From the NCBI GenBank assembly GCA_016618085.1, contig JABLTG010000039.1, positions 1 through 64,000 of the forward strand: a DNA stretch of 64,000 bases, in the 5' to 3' direction. A model generated the notes under the pieces. The model was not told where the DNA came from and searched no databases. It was given only the letters and a program-made list of their open reading frames with translations. Positions 52,255-63,825 of the stretch are shown here, one piece after another; the first letter of the stretch is position 1, and every line of letters starts with the position of its first letter. The DNA comes from Neovahlkampfia damariscottae. Its lineage: Eukaryota. Both the position numbers and the translations under genes were made by a program.

Positions 52255-52325
52255 TGCGCCGACCGGGAATCGAACCCGGGCCATCAGCTTGGAAGGCTAA
52301 CATCCTGCCACTAGACTATCGGCGC
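52255..52325 (-). tRNA. tRNA-Gly (TCC), identical to 42439-42509
   Basis: Same cloverleaf; CTTTTTTTT terminator. Confidence 0.95.
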
Positions 52326-52462
52326 TTTATTTATATTAATTCAATTCCTTGGCTCCAAAGGAATTGAAATAAAATACTAGATCAGAGTGGATTTTTTTAT
52401 TTGTTGGTTGTTCTTTCTTTTTTTTTCATTTTTGAAATTGATTGGGTGAACTTTTTTGACCA

Positions 52463-53881
52463 ATGAATCGAAATTTGGTGAAGTGTTCAAATCATGATCA
52501 GCATAAAAAATTTTTTTTTGAAAAAAGTTTTTGTATGGAATGTGGATCTATATTACTTTTCAAATGTAAACCCTGTGATGAGTGGTATCGCCCAAAAGAA
52601 TTTTATTTGCATCAAAAAGAAAATGGTTTAAAACACTCGAATCTATTCAATTTTTTTGAATCACAAAACAATAAAAAACAACTAAAAATTGACAATCTAA
52701 AAGATTATGCTTTGAAATTTAAAAATACAAAAGAAGTTTGCTCAAAAAATTTACAATTAGTTTCTGTTTATCCAAAAGAATTTTCTATTGATGAAAAATA
52801 CAAAACTATCGAAGTTTCTATTAGAATTAAAGATGAAAATGAATTTTATTTATATAAATTTCCAAATTTTAAATTGAAAATAGGATATCAAATTTCAAGT
52901 GGTTCAAAAAAAGAACTTTTTGTTGATGTGTTATACCAAACAAAGTTGAAGGATGGGAATTTGATCATTTTAGAAACATCAAATTTTCCTTTTTCTTTAA
53001 TTGAAAGAGAAGTTACAATAAGTGTTATATGTGAAATGGATGATGAAACATTGAAAATAGGACCTCCAATTTATTTGAAATATTCAAAATTTAAAAGAGA
53101 CCAAAACAAACAAATTTTGAATCTAAGTGAATTAGAAATCAATTATTCAAGAGAAAAACTATCAAAAGAATTGATGATCGCTATCGAAGAAACTTTAGAT
53201 ACAGGTTGTTTATGTAAATTATTATTAAAGGTAAAAGATTGGAAGAATTCATTGAATTTCACTATTTTGAACTATTTCTCGTGTTTTGATGATAAAAATG
53301 AAACGTTAGAGAGAATTCTCAAAACAAAAATTTTTGATGTAAATGAGAAAACAGTTCATGGCAAATCTTCATTATTTTATGCAAAAAAATTTGGATGCAC
53401 AAAAAATGAAGAATCACTATTGAAATATGGTTCGAAATTATGGGAAGATGATATCTTTGTTGAAAAAATTACATCAAAAAAATTGAAAAAAAAAAGTCAA
53501 TTGTTGAGTTCTGGAAATTCAGAATTGATTAAAATTATACCTGGACAGTTGAATTCAATTGATTTTGAACATGCTACTTTACAGTTATTTGTGAAATATA
53601 TTCCAATTTCAATGATCCCTGAAAAATATTTCAATGCAAGATTTTGGAGAGTTGTGTTTTCAGAACCTTTTACTGGGGATGTTATTTGTAATTTAGAAAT
53701 CAATTGTTTGGAAAGAATTAATGATTTTTTTATCATTTCTGTTTTGAAAATACCTCGAATACAACAGAAAATGATACACATAAGTGCAGAATTCGCAGAA
53801 AAAAATAGATTAATCAAAATTGGTCCAAAAATTGAATTTATCATACAAAGCAGTTGTATTGAGAGAAAAGAAAATCAATAA
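52463..53881 (+). CDS. Hypothetical protein: Cys/His cluster, duplicated beta-rich domain and ankyrin-like segment
   Basis: CSNH...CMEC...CKPC...H at the N-terminus; DVNEKTVHGKSSLFYA...LLKYGS is ankyrin-like; two segments ending in LKIGPPI and LIKIGPKI. Confidence 0.6.
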   Translation: MNRNLVKCSNHDQHKKFFFEKSFCMECGSILLFKCKPCDEWYRPKEFYLHQKENGLKHSNLFNFFESQNNKKQLKIDNLKDYALKFKNTKEVCSKNLQLVSVYPKEFSIDEKYKTIEVSIRIKDENEFYLYKFPNFKLKIGYQISSGSKKELFVDVLYQTKLKDGNLIILETSNFPFSLIEREVTISVICEMDDETLKIGPPIYLKYSKFKRDQNKQILNLSELEINYSREKLSKELMIAIEETLDTGCLCKLLLKVKDWKNSLNFTILNYFSCFDDKNETLERILKTKIFDVNEKTVHGKSSLFYAKKFGCTKNEESLLKYGSKLWEDDIFVEKITSKKLKKKSQLLSSGNSELIKIIPGQLNSIDFEHATLQLFVKYIPISMIPEKYFNARFWRVVFSEPFTGDVICNLEINCLERINDFFIISVLKIPRIQQKMIHISAEFAEKNRLIKIGPKIEFIIQSSCIERKENQ

Positions 53882-53919
53882 AATCTTTTTTTTTTCAATT
53901 GTTATTATACAATGATTTG

Positions 53920-53924
53920 ATTGG
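53920..53924 (-). promoter_or_regulatory. CCAAT box (ATTGG) upstream of the recombinase ATG; one example of a window-wide motif
   Basis: TGATTGGA 22 nt before ATG 53946; the same motif precedes most genes in the window. Confidence 0.55.
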
Positions 53925-53945
53925 ATAAAATTATTTTGAAGTGAA

Positions 53946-55491
53946 ATGAAGAGGTTGGTGTTCAAAAACAAGATTTTTTTGAACCATAAAAATTTCACCA
54001 AAACTTTTAATAAATTAGATGATTTCAATAAAATGAAACTGACTGAATTTTTTGAACAATTTCCTATTGAAAAAGAAAAAGAAAAAGAAACAAAAAAAAT
54101 AATCGAAATTTTATCTTCAAATTGGTATGAAACGATAGAAGATTTAAGTGAACTCAATGAAGATGATGCGTTAAAACTAAAAATACCATACAGATTCCTA
54201 AAATTAATAAAAACAAAAATTCAAAATTTAAAAGAAGAAAAGACCATAAAAAAAATGAATTTTGATAATTTAAATTTTCCACCTTTTAAATCAGTTATTG
54301 TTTCAAATAAAAATAAAAGAGAAAAAGAAAATTATTCGTTGAAAAATTTAGATGACAATTTGAAAATTGAAATCGAAAAATTTATCGAATTTATGACAAC
54401 TAATTTCATTGGACAACAAGAAATTCCTGTGAGAAAAGTAACTGCAACCTCATACGTTGAAAAAATTTTATTGATGCTTGGTTGGTTAAAAAATACAAAG
54501 AAAATTGATAATGTTTCATTTTCGTCTATTTTTCCAAATTCATCATCAGAGTCAGTAAAAAACTCATTAGAATATCTAAATTGGTTACGAGAAGAACGAA
54601 AAATATCACCTTCTTATGAAGTCAACATTACAAGAGCATTACTAAAATTAGCAAAATTTTTATTTCATAAAGAATCCAAAAATTTGAAAAAGAGTGACAA
54701 GTCATATAACGATATTCCAGTAGTTATTGAATTGAGATGTTTAATTAGAGATTCCGTTTCAAGAAGAAAAAATTCACCAAAAGCATCCAATGATGAATTA
54801 AAGGTATTCAAAAAAAAAATTGAATTTTTCATTTTAAAAACAGTGGTTAGAATTTGATCAATTTTTAGCATGCGTTGAAAAATTGAAACAAGACTGTAAA
54901 GAAGCACCTCAAAAGCATTCAAATCGTCCAAAGGAAATCGCTTGGATCTATCAACGATATTTAGTTTGTGCAATTCTTTCATCCATTCCAGACAGACAAA
55001 GAACATTAAGAGAATTAAAATTAAACAAAACATTATTTCAAAATTCAGATGGTGATTGGGTGATCAAACATACAGCAGAAGATTATAAAACTGGAAAATT
55101 CTATGGAGATCGATCACCGTTGAAAATAAGAGAAGATATTTATCCATTCATTGAAGAATATTTGAATGTTTGGAGAAAATGTTTAAATCCAAATCACGAT
55201 TATTTCTTCACACAAAAGAATGGAAATCCTCCAACTCATAGAAATTTCATTTATAATCTCTTCACAATGACAATTTATAAATTAACTGGAAAAAAGACAA
55301 ATCCACATATGATTCGAGATATGATTGTTACTTATTTCAAAAGAAGAAATGCATCAGAGTCTGAAATGGAATCACTTGCAATGTATATGGGACATTCAGT
55401 TTCTATTCAAAAAAGTGTCTATGACAGAAGAACAAAAAATGAAAAAATGAAACCAGCAATAGATTTAATGGATTCAATAAAAATATCATAA
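53946..55491 (+). CDS. Tyrosine recombinase (phage-integrase family) with one intron (54804-54843)
   Basis: Spliced ELK|WLEF joins the two ORFs in frame. Catalytic R (PDRQR), K (DYKT), HxxR (PHMIRD), H (MGHS) and Y (VYDRR) are all present. Confidence 0.88.
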
Positions 55492-55494
55492 AAT

Positions 55495-57750
55495 TTATTT
55501 TGCACTTGTAACTTTCTTTCGAGCAGTTCCAATTTGACATGAATTAACTTTTGCAGCAAATCTTAATGAATGAAGTGTTTCTTGTAATGATTCTTGTTTT
55601 GGTGAAATATTAACAAACATGAGTGTTTTTGAATCCTCACCCAAATAATTTTGAAGCAAATATGTTAATTTTGAATTTCTGAATGGAATATGTTTTTCTT
55701 TTGCAGCTAATGCAGAAATTACATCTCCAAGACATGATAAACTTGAATTGATATTTTGTGTTTCCTTCAAACGATCACCAGTTGCTTTACTTTCTTTTAA
55801 TCTTTCAGATCCAGCTAAATCAATTAAATTTAATACACCAAATGTCTTCAAGTCTGATGATTCATTCACACCTGTAATTTGCAATGAAAATACACTATGA
55901 CTTCTAGAAGATCTTTCATTTGCATCTGTACTTCCAACTGATCTATTCTTTGTTGCTCTTTTTAATAAACTAAATACTTCATTTGGTTCATTAACTTCAT
56001 AATATTCTAATCCTGTGACTGATGTATTTCCACTATCATGTCGAATATCATATTTCAAATTTGAATTTTTCTTTCTGAGTAAATCTTGAATATTTTCATT
56101 GTAAATTTCCAAAAATGAAGCAACAATTTTATATTTCCATCCTTGAGTTGCCATATACTCTGCAGTTTTAAATATTTGTTCAACTGATCTTGGAATCATT
56201 CCTTTCAACTCTGGTGATGAAATTCCATTTTCTGGACCTTCCATTGTGTAGGTTTTTCCAGAACCTGTTTGACCATAAGCAAAAATACAAACTTTATATC
56301 CATCCAATGCACTTTGAACTAATTGTGAAATTTCATCAAAAACAAAATCCTGTTTTGATTCTGGTTTAAAAACACGATCAAATGAAAAATTATACTTTTT
56401 TGTATTTGATGATGTTCCTGATACATTTGAAATTGCAGGTCCTTCAACATCTAATCCACAATCATGTCCATTTCTATCTTGTGTAAAATTCATATGATCA
56501 ACTTCATATGAAGATCCATCAACTGATTTAATTGGTGGACGAACTCTACAATAAACTCTAATATTTCCTTTTAATTCTTGAATTTGATTATGTAATGCTC
56601 TTCTTAACATTTCATCTTTTTGAATCTTTTCTAAATATGTATTGATCAATTCAACTTTTTCCTTCAATTGTTCTTCTAATTTACAAATTCTTTCATTTTT
56701 TTCTTTTCCTTCTTCAATTGAATATTCAAGATCTATCTTTGTATTGTCTAATTCTGATTGAATATTTCTAATTTCTTTTTGTGAAGTATCTTTTAAATTT
56801 CTAATTGTCCTTGAATTTTCATCTCTAACATTTTGTATTCTACCTTCATATTCAATTTCCATAGCATCCATTTTATTTTGAAGATTTGATTTCAAACTTC
56901 CAACTTCTAATTTAAATTCATTTTCTTTATCTTGAAGTTGACTTTTGATTGTCAAAATTTCATTTTGATGTGTTGATTTTAAACTTTCTAATTCAAGACG
57001 TTGTTCTATTTTAACTTGTTTCACTTCAGATTCAAGTTGTTTTGAAAGTATTTTTAATTCTAAATTTTCATTTTCAAGTTTTTCTTTGATTTTTGTAATG
57101 GCTGTAAGTTCATATTCAACTTCTCTAAATTTTGAAACACTTTCACGTGATTCATATTTTAAAGTATGTAATTCAGATTCAATTTCATCTTTTTCTTTAG
57201 CATTTCTTTCTAACTTTCGAATTTTTGAATCTCTTTCATCCATTTTTTCTTCAAGTTGTTTTTTTTGTTCTTCAAGAAGTGTTGCTTTTGTTGTTGATTG
57301 TTCACATTCTAATTTGAATTGTTCAATTTGTTTTTTTTGTTCAACCATAATTTCTTCAGGTGTTGGTCCTTTTTCAGGAATATTTGCATTTTGTAATTTA
57401 TTTTTTGTTGAACTTCCTAAAGGTTTACGAGCTATACTATTCCTTCCAGTTGTTGTGGTTCTTGAAAGTCTTGAAGTATTTGTATTTCTTGTTGAAGAAG
57501 TTGTAGGTCTAGTTGTACTTGTTCTACTGGTAGAAAGTCTGTCTGATAGTGATTGTCTACTTCTACTAGTTGTTGTTGTTGAAAGTCTACTTGTTGAAAG
57601 ATTATTCTCTTTGTTGGAATTAAATTTGGTCAAAGTTAGATTTGTTGCTTTTGTGGTAGTTGGTTTCTTTACAGTTTTCTTCACTTGTGGTGATTCATCT
57701 CTTTTTGTTCTATTGTTCAACGTATCCCAAACTTGGTGTTGTTTGCTCAT
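55495..57750 (-). CDS. Kinesin-14 (C-terminal motor; KIFC1/Kar3/Ncd type)
   Basis: Basic tail, coiled coil, neck [53 protein letters not shown]. Confidence 0.96.
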   Translation of the reverse strand: MSKQHQVWDTLNNRTKRDESPQVKKTVKKPTTTKATNLTLTKFNSNKENNLSTSRLSTTTTSRSRQSLSDRLSTSRTSTTRPTTSSTRNTNTSRLSRTTTTGRNSIARKPLGSSTKNKLQNANIPEKGPTPEEIMVEQKKQIEQFKLECEQSTTKATLLEEQKKQLEEKMDERDSKIRKLERNAKEKDEIESELHTLKYESRESVSKFREVEYELTAITKIKEKLENENLELKILSKQLESEVKQVKIEQRLELESLKSTHQNEILTIKSQLQDKENEFKLEVGSLKSNLQNKMDAMEIEYEGRIQNVRDENSRTIRNLKDTSQKEIRNIQSELDNTKIDLEYSIEEGKEKNERICKLEEQLKEKVELINTYLEKIQKDEMLRRALHNQIQELKGNIRVYCRVRPPIKSVDGSSYEVDHMNFTQDRNGHDCGLDVEGPAISNVSGTSSNTKKYNFSFDRVFKPESKQDFVFDEISQLVQSALDGYKVCIFAYGQTGSGKTYTMEGPENGISSPELKGMIPRSVEQIFKTAEYMATQGWKYKIVASFLEIYNENIQDLLRKKNSNLKYDIRHDSGNTSVTGLEYYEVNEPNEVFSLLKRATKNRSVGSTDANERSSRSHSVFSLQITGVNESSDLKTFGVLNLIDLAGSERLKESKATGDRLKETQNINSSLSCLGDVISALAAKEKHIPFRNSKLTYLLQNYLGEDSKTLMFVNISPKQESLQETLHSLRFAAKVNSCQIGTARKKVTSAK

Positions 57751-57830
57751 TGTTGTGTTGTCGTTGAAAAAAAGAAAAGTGTTTGAGCGCCAAAAATCAA
57801 CCAATCATTTTATAAATAATTAACTACATT

Positions 57831-59180
57831 TTATTGGTCCAATTGTCTCTCTTGTAAATCGATTTCTTTGACCGTTTTTAATTGTTCAACAATTTCCTTT
57901 GGAAACTTACAATTTTGAAATTTAATCTTTTTCAAATTTGACTTTGCAAAATATTGAATTACACCAGAAGTTAATTTTGACAAATCAACACCTTCAATCT
58001 CTAAATTAAATAAATTTTTGGCAAAAAGTAAATTTTTAAAATCTTCATCTTCATATTCAATAAATCTTCTTTCAAATAATTTAACCATTCGAAATTGTTT
58101 TAAATTTGGAATTAAAAGACATTCTCTAAAATCTTTTTGTGAAATGACACTTTGAATTTGTAAATATTCCAAAGAAGTTGATTTTCTAATATTTTCAAAA
58201 TTTCTACAACGAACTAATGAAATACCTTTTAAAAAATCAAAAAAAAAAAACTTCTATTTTTACCTTTTAATTTTGTCAATTGTAGAATATAATCAACTTC
58301 AATTTCATCAGCACCAAGTAACTCTAAATCTTTTGAATTATTTACAATAACCTCTTGATTATTTTTTGATAATCCAGAACCTAAAAAAAATAAATAAAGT
58401 GTTTTAAGTTGAGATAATCCAGAAAGTGGTTGTAAACCTTCTGATGTTACACCATGTCCATGAATGAATAAATATTTTAATTTTGGAAATGATGAAAATT
58501 GAATCATATTTACTAAATCATCATCTAAACGACATATATCTTTTTTTTAAAAAAATCAACTTTTTTTTTTTTTTTTTACCAAGTCTCAAAGATAAAAGGT
58601 TATGAGATGAAAGTTCTTTTGCTATTTTTTCAAAATCGAAATTTAATTGAGATTCAAAATCAAAATTCTTCAGTTTGTTGTTTTTCATGATTATAAGTAT
58701 CTTTTTGTCAATAACTGAGTTTTGAGAAGTTCTGTTGTCTCGAATTTTTAATGAAGTTATAGATTTGAATTTTAAAATCTCGTCTTTTATATCTTCTTCT
58801 GTGTTTTCTATAAGTAATTCTGATAAAGAATTCATTAAAATTTTATCATTCAAATTTGAAGAGAACATATTTTGAAGTGATGTTGTGTTTGTACTTAAAC
58901 GAAATAAGTTCCGAGGTAATGGCAAGTATTTTGGATAATGAAATAATTCCATGGATGAAAATATCAAGAATATTTTCCTTCTTGAATCTGCCTCGAAGTA
59001 TCCAAAGAGTGAATATAAACTAAAGTTCAAAGGTTGTTTGTAGTTGTAGAATTTTAAAATGTACAATATAATCGAGTATGGAATCTTATTCAATTGAACA
59101 GACCTCCTTATCTTCTTTGAAGGTGAATTTTCAGAAGTTTTTGAAGGACTGAAGGTACTGTTTGATTTTTCTTTCTTCAT
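57831..59180 (-). CDS. Leucine-rich repeat protein (F-box/LRR-like)
   Basis: LNKIPYSIILYILKF is F-box-like; repeats FPKLKYLFI, LSQLKTLYL, IPNLKQFRM; three exons. Confidence 0.65.
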
Positions 59181-59444
59181 CGATTTGATTGGGTATTTTT
59201 TTGGTTGGATTTTTTTACAAAAAAAAAACTATGAAAAATTTACAAAAGAGACTTCAAAATGACAAGAAAATGAATTTTGACAAATTGATGTAAATATGAT
59301 TGGTGGAATAAAAATATCTCGATTGGGGTCGGAATTACTTTTTTATCAATTTTTTTGACAAAAATGCATTTCACAAAAACCATTTAACATTGACGGAGAA
59401 ATTAAGAATTGTCCAATCACCAGACTAAAATTTTTAACGTCGTT

Positions 59445-60782
59445 ATGAGTGACCACGATAACATCGAAGAACCAGGTAATTCACCTCAAATAGAGACCAT
59501 AGAATCAAAAGATAAAGCTCTGGAAGCAGTGGTTGCTCATTCACATATGTTGCAACATGTTTCACCAAAACTCCAAAAAGACAAATTTGTCGTTCTTGAA
59601 GCTATTAAAAAAGATCCATATAATCTTTGCGCTGCATCAATCGAATTACAAAATGACAAAGAAATAGTTTTAACTGCTGTATCTTTGAACGGAAATGTTT
59701 TACGTTTTGCTTCAAAAAACTTGCAAAGTGATAAAGAGGTTGTTTTAGCTGCTGTAAAATCAAATGGAAACTCATTACGTTACGCTTCAAAAAAACTGAG
59801 AAATGACAAAGAGATTGTGAGCCAAGCAGTATCCACTTGTGGCTTTTCCATTTTTGAAGCATCAGAAGAATTACAACAAGACGAAGAAATAATATTATGC
59901 GCTATAAAAGAAGACCTTTCTTTATTTTCATCATTAACTTCATCACAAATGTCAAAAGAAGTAATACAATTTTGCCTAAATGGAAATACATCCTTACTCA
60001 AATATGTACCTTTAAAATTTTATGAAGATGCTGATATCATTAAATTTTTGATAAAAACAGAACCTAGGTTAATTCAGAAATCTAAAGTTGCTCTTAAGAA
60101 TCCAGAGTTGGTATCTATTGCTGTTGAATATGATGGTTTATTGTTAAATTATGCCCATGAAACTGTACAAAATAACTTTGATGTCGCTTTGATAGCTGTA
60201 AAAAATAATGGATATGCTTTAGAGTTTTGTAGTCCTCAACTTAGGAATGACCCACACATTGTTGAAGAAGCTGTAAAACAAGAAGGTTTTGCTTTGAAAT
60301 TCGCATCTGAAGAATTAAAAAATGATAAATATGTTGTTCTTAGAGCTATTGAACAAGATGGTGGTTCTTTACAATTTGCTTCAGATGAATTTAAAAACAA
60401 CAAAGAAATTGCAATTGAAAGTGTAAAAAGAGATGGTTGTTCAATTGAATTTTGTTCACCAGAATTAATTGTTGACCGAGATGTAGTTATAAGTGCTGTT
60501 ACAAATGATGGAAATGCTTTATATTATACTTCTGATGAAATAAAAGAAGACAAAGATATTGTTTTACTTGCTGTTTCAACAACAGGAAATGCTCTTCAAT
60601 ACGCATCAGATGAATTGAAAGATGATGAAGAAGTTGTTTTAACAGCTTTCAAACAAGACTCAGATGCTGTTTCTTTTGCCTCTGAAAGAGCTCAAATGAT
60701 TCTTGAAGAATTATTGGAGAATGGTGAATTATCAGAATCAAGTCCACAACCAAATTATTATTCTGATGATGAATTTATTTAA
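59445..60782 (+). CDS. DUF4116 repeat protein
   Basis: Many roughly 25-aa repeats of DKEIVLxAVxxNGxxLxYASxELxx. Confidence 0.9.
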   Translation: MSDHDNIEEPGNSPQIETIESKDKALEAVVAHSHMLQHVSPKLQKDKFVVLEAIKKDPYNLCAASIELQNDKEIVLTAVSLNGNVLRFASKNLQSDKEVVLAAVKSNGNSLRYASKKLRNDKEIVSQAVSTCGFSIFEASEELQQDEEIILCAIKEDLSLFSSLTSSQMSKEVIQFCLNGNTSLLKYVPLKFYEDADIIKFLIKTEPRLIQKSKVALKNPELVSIAVEYDGLLLNYAHETVQNNFDVALIAVKNNGYALEFCSPQLRNDPHIVEEAVKQEGFALKFASEELKNDKYVVLRAIEQDGGSLQFASDEFKNNKEIAIESVKRDGCSIEFCSPELIVDRDVVISAVTNDGNALYYTSDEIKEDKDIVLLAVSTTGNALQYASDELKDDEEVVLTAFKQDSDAVSFASERAQMILEELLENGELSESSPQPNYYSDDEFI

Positions 60783-60805
60783 AATTTTTAATTTTTTTTT
60801 TTTTG

Positions 60806-62016
60806 TTAATCAAAATAATAATCAACTTCTTCTTCATCTGAACATTCTGAATTGTCATTGAATGTGATTCCACTTCCAATTTCATTAAACAATTTCTTAT
60901 TCACTTCTAATTTCTTTTTTACAAATTCTTGTTTTATAACACCTACTTTTCCACTTTTAATTTTGTTTAAATAAGTGTCAATATCATCCATTTTTACTTT
61001 TCTTAAAATACCAGGTGATTCAGAAAAACTATTTTCAGGTGTCGAATGTTGTACAAATGTTCGGTTGAATTGTAAATCATCAAATGAACAATTTAAAGAA
61101 TCATTCATTAAATTTTCGTCTTGTTCTTCTTCACTAAAAATATCATCTGTATGTTTTGAATCTGCGTGTTTTAAAAGCATTCTCATCTTTCTTTTTTTGT
61201 TGACTTTTCCTTTCATATTTTGAAGTTCATTTAAAACAATAGGATGTGATTTAACTTTCTTTGTTCTTTTTGGTGTCTTTATACGATCTTGGTAATGAAA
61301 TTGACATTGTTGTGCTGTTTTTCCTTCAACTTCCAATGAAATAACATTCCAGTAGTTTTTTGTTTTAATAGGTACTGAACCTATTGCTTGATGTAATTGT
61401 TCATTTTGTTTTCTTGACCATGGTTCTTGTGGTTCTGTTTTTCTTTTTTTCTTGGCTTCAGGTGATTGGTAGTGTATGATTAACCGATTTTCTAAAGTTG
61501 GAGTGGATGACTCTTTCAAATCATTTGAAATTTCTTTTTTTATTTCTTTTTTTCTGAATATTTCGTCCTCTGAGTCTTCTTCGTCAAGAGAAAAATCTGA
61601 ACTATCTTCTTCAACAACTTGTTTTTTTATTTTTTTTTCCACTGATGATTTTTTTACAATGACAGTTCTTTTTGCTTTTGATATTAAATTTGAATCTATT
61701 TCAATTTTTTTAGGACTTGTTTCAGTTCGTTTTAATGGTGTTTTTGAAACTGTTAATCTAATTTTTTTTTTTGGTTTATAGTTCAGAATGAGATTTGGAT
61801 CTAAAATATCTTTCTATGATCACTTTTAATGAATTAATAATTTTACCTCGTTGACCCAAGAATTCATCCATGAAGAAAGATTTTTCCATTTGATCAAATA
61901 TTGAACATTATCCTGAAGAAAAAATGAGAAAATTATAGATTTACTTCTTTTGTTCTTTTGTTCAAAATTCTTTCTACTTTTTGAATTTCAACTTTTACTT
62001 CTTTGTCCTCGTCCAT
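60806..62016 (-). CDS. Chromodomain plus SANT/Myb protein, MIS18BP1/KNL2-like C-terminus
   Basis: Spliced N-terminus KVERILNKRTKE|DNVQYLIKWKNLSSWMNSWVNE|KDILDPNLI. SANT: WSRKQNEQLHQAI...YWNVIS..VEGKTAQQCQFHY. Then KKRKMRMLL..HTDDIFS and a DEEEVDYYF tail. Confidence 0.7.
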
Positions 62017-62105
62017 CAAAACCAAAAAAACAGTTAAAAAACTGACAAATCAAATTGTCTAAAATAAACCAATTATTTTAATTCCCACCACCAACAGAAA
62101 AGTTA

Positions 62106-62773
62106 ATGATTCGTGCACCATTGTCGGATGTTTCAATTGATCAAATAAACCGAGAAAGTGATACCAATAAAAAGAAAGTCCGTTTGGTATCAACTAATGA
62201 GCATCAAAAAGAATATATAGTTTCAAAAACAGTCGTTTTCAATGAATCTGAAGATTCCAAAGAATTAAAACGAAAAAGCACCGAAAATAAATTTAAATTG
62301 GAAGAACTACTCAAACAAAATAAAATACTTCAAGATAGATGCAACTTTTTAGAAAACGAAAATAAGTTGACGAAAAATGCAAACAAACTTCTTCAACAAA
62401 AAGAAGAAAATTTTCAAAAAGAAATTAATGATTTAAAACAACAATTAGATCATATAATAACATTGTACAAAACTTCAAGAGAAGAGAATGAAATCAAACA
62501 AGACCACTTGGAAATTCAAATTGATGATTCTATTTCATCTGAATCACCAATAAATCAAATTTTAATTAATAATAAAAATGAAGAAATTAACGCTTTACGT
62601 ATGAGTAATGAAATTTTATATCAACAAGTAACTGAATTTTTTTTTTTTTATTTTTTAAAAAGTTGAAAGAAGTCGAAAATACTTTCAAATCTAATGAAGA
62701 AGAAGCCTTAGATATGATTTCAGATTTGAAACAAAAACTCAAATTAATGGAAGAAAAAAATAAAAACAATTAA
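62106..62773 (+). CDS. Coiled-coil protein with an N-terminal D-box-like motif
   Basis: RAPLSDVS, heptad-rich body, one intron near the 3' end. Confidence 0.6.
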
Positions 62774-62879
62774 TTTTTTAATGTTCTCCCTGGATTTCAT
62801 GGGTTTTTCACCTCAATTCTTAATTGTTCTTGTTTCCTTAAAACGAATATTCGAGATTGAACTATTTCATTGGTTAAGA

Positions 62880-63818
62880 ATGAAGCACAAGTTCAACTTT
62901 TTGTTTTATGGACCTGATTCATGTGGAATTGAAGTAATCTCAGAATATCTCTGTGACCACTATGGTCTTTCATATATTACAAGAAATAATTTAATACAAT
63001 ATGCAATTGAATCTTGGCCAGAAGACAATATAGAAAGGTTTAAAAAAAAAAAAATTAAAACAAAATAGAAAAACATTAATCAGATATTTAAGAAATCAAC
63101 AAGAAGATAAAATAACTGAAAAATTAATGGCTGAAATATTTTCAACTTTTTATCATGACAAACATGAAACCAAAGTTAATGGTTTTATTTTTCACAATTT
63201 TCCAAGTACTTTGGAAGAATGTAAAATGATGGGTAATAAAAAAAAATGTTTATGATTTTTAGAAATGATACTTACTCATTATGATGAAAAATTGACAAAT
63301 GTTTTTTCATTCAACATTTCACAAGAGAATTTAGAGAAAAGAAAAAGTTTCATTTGTTACTCTAAACCTGCACCAAGATTTTATTATATAGGTTATAATG
63401 ACCCAATAACAGGGTTATTTGATGATGTAAAATGTTCATTTTTTTTTCAATTCTTTGGTAGATTACAGGTGAAAGTTTAATTGAAAATAAATCAAGTTTC
63501 ACTGTTGAAGATTTTGAAAAAAAACACGAAGATATTTTAATTAGACATGTAAAGATTTTTATTGAAGTTAATGGGAATTTACCACTTCAACAAGTGTTAG
63601 ATAATGTGGATGATGAAATTGAATTGGCTACAAAACCTACTTTCTACTTGGCTGTTCTTGCAAATCACTTACTTTTAAATGGAATGAGTAGTTTACTCAA
63701 AGAAGCATACAATGTACTCAAAGAAGCTTATCCAAATGGAAAAGTGAAATCTTATTCGTATGTGCTGGATTATTTGGTGTCTGCTGTCATTGTGACAGTA
63801 AAAGAAAGTTTACAATAA
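62880..63818 (+). CDS. Adenylate kinase-like protein with a degenerate P-loop
   Basis: FLFYGPDSCGIEVISEYLCDHYGLSYI, NGFIFHNFP, GLFDD|ITGESL, FIEVNG; three introns. Confidence 0.6.
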
Positions 63819-63825
63819 AAAAAAT

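Noticed and set aside
42439..52325. Two identical tRNA-Gly genes 9.8 kb apart read as attL/attR of an integrated island mobilised by the nearby recombinase
   Set aside because: Both are full-length tRNAs with their own terminators, the interval holds core intron-bearing genes (CDK10, ARMC8, VPS51), and the recombinase lies outside it. Identical multicopy tRNAs are normal in eukaryotes.
57086..57823. 245-aa plus-strand ORF (and similar ones such as 46312-46830)
   Set aside because: Antisense shadows of the kinesin and ARMC8 coding regions, with composition mirroring the sense codons.
59445..60782. CRISPR-like or tandem DNA array
   Set aside because: The roughly 75-bp periodicity is degenerate at DNA level and explained by DUF4116 protein repeats. 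No repeat-spacer array was seen anywhere in the window.
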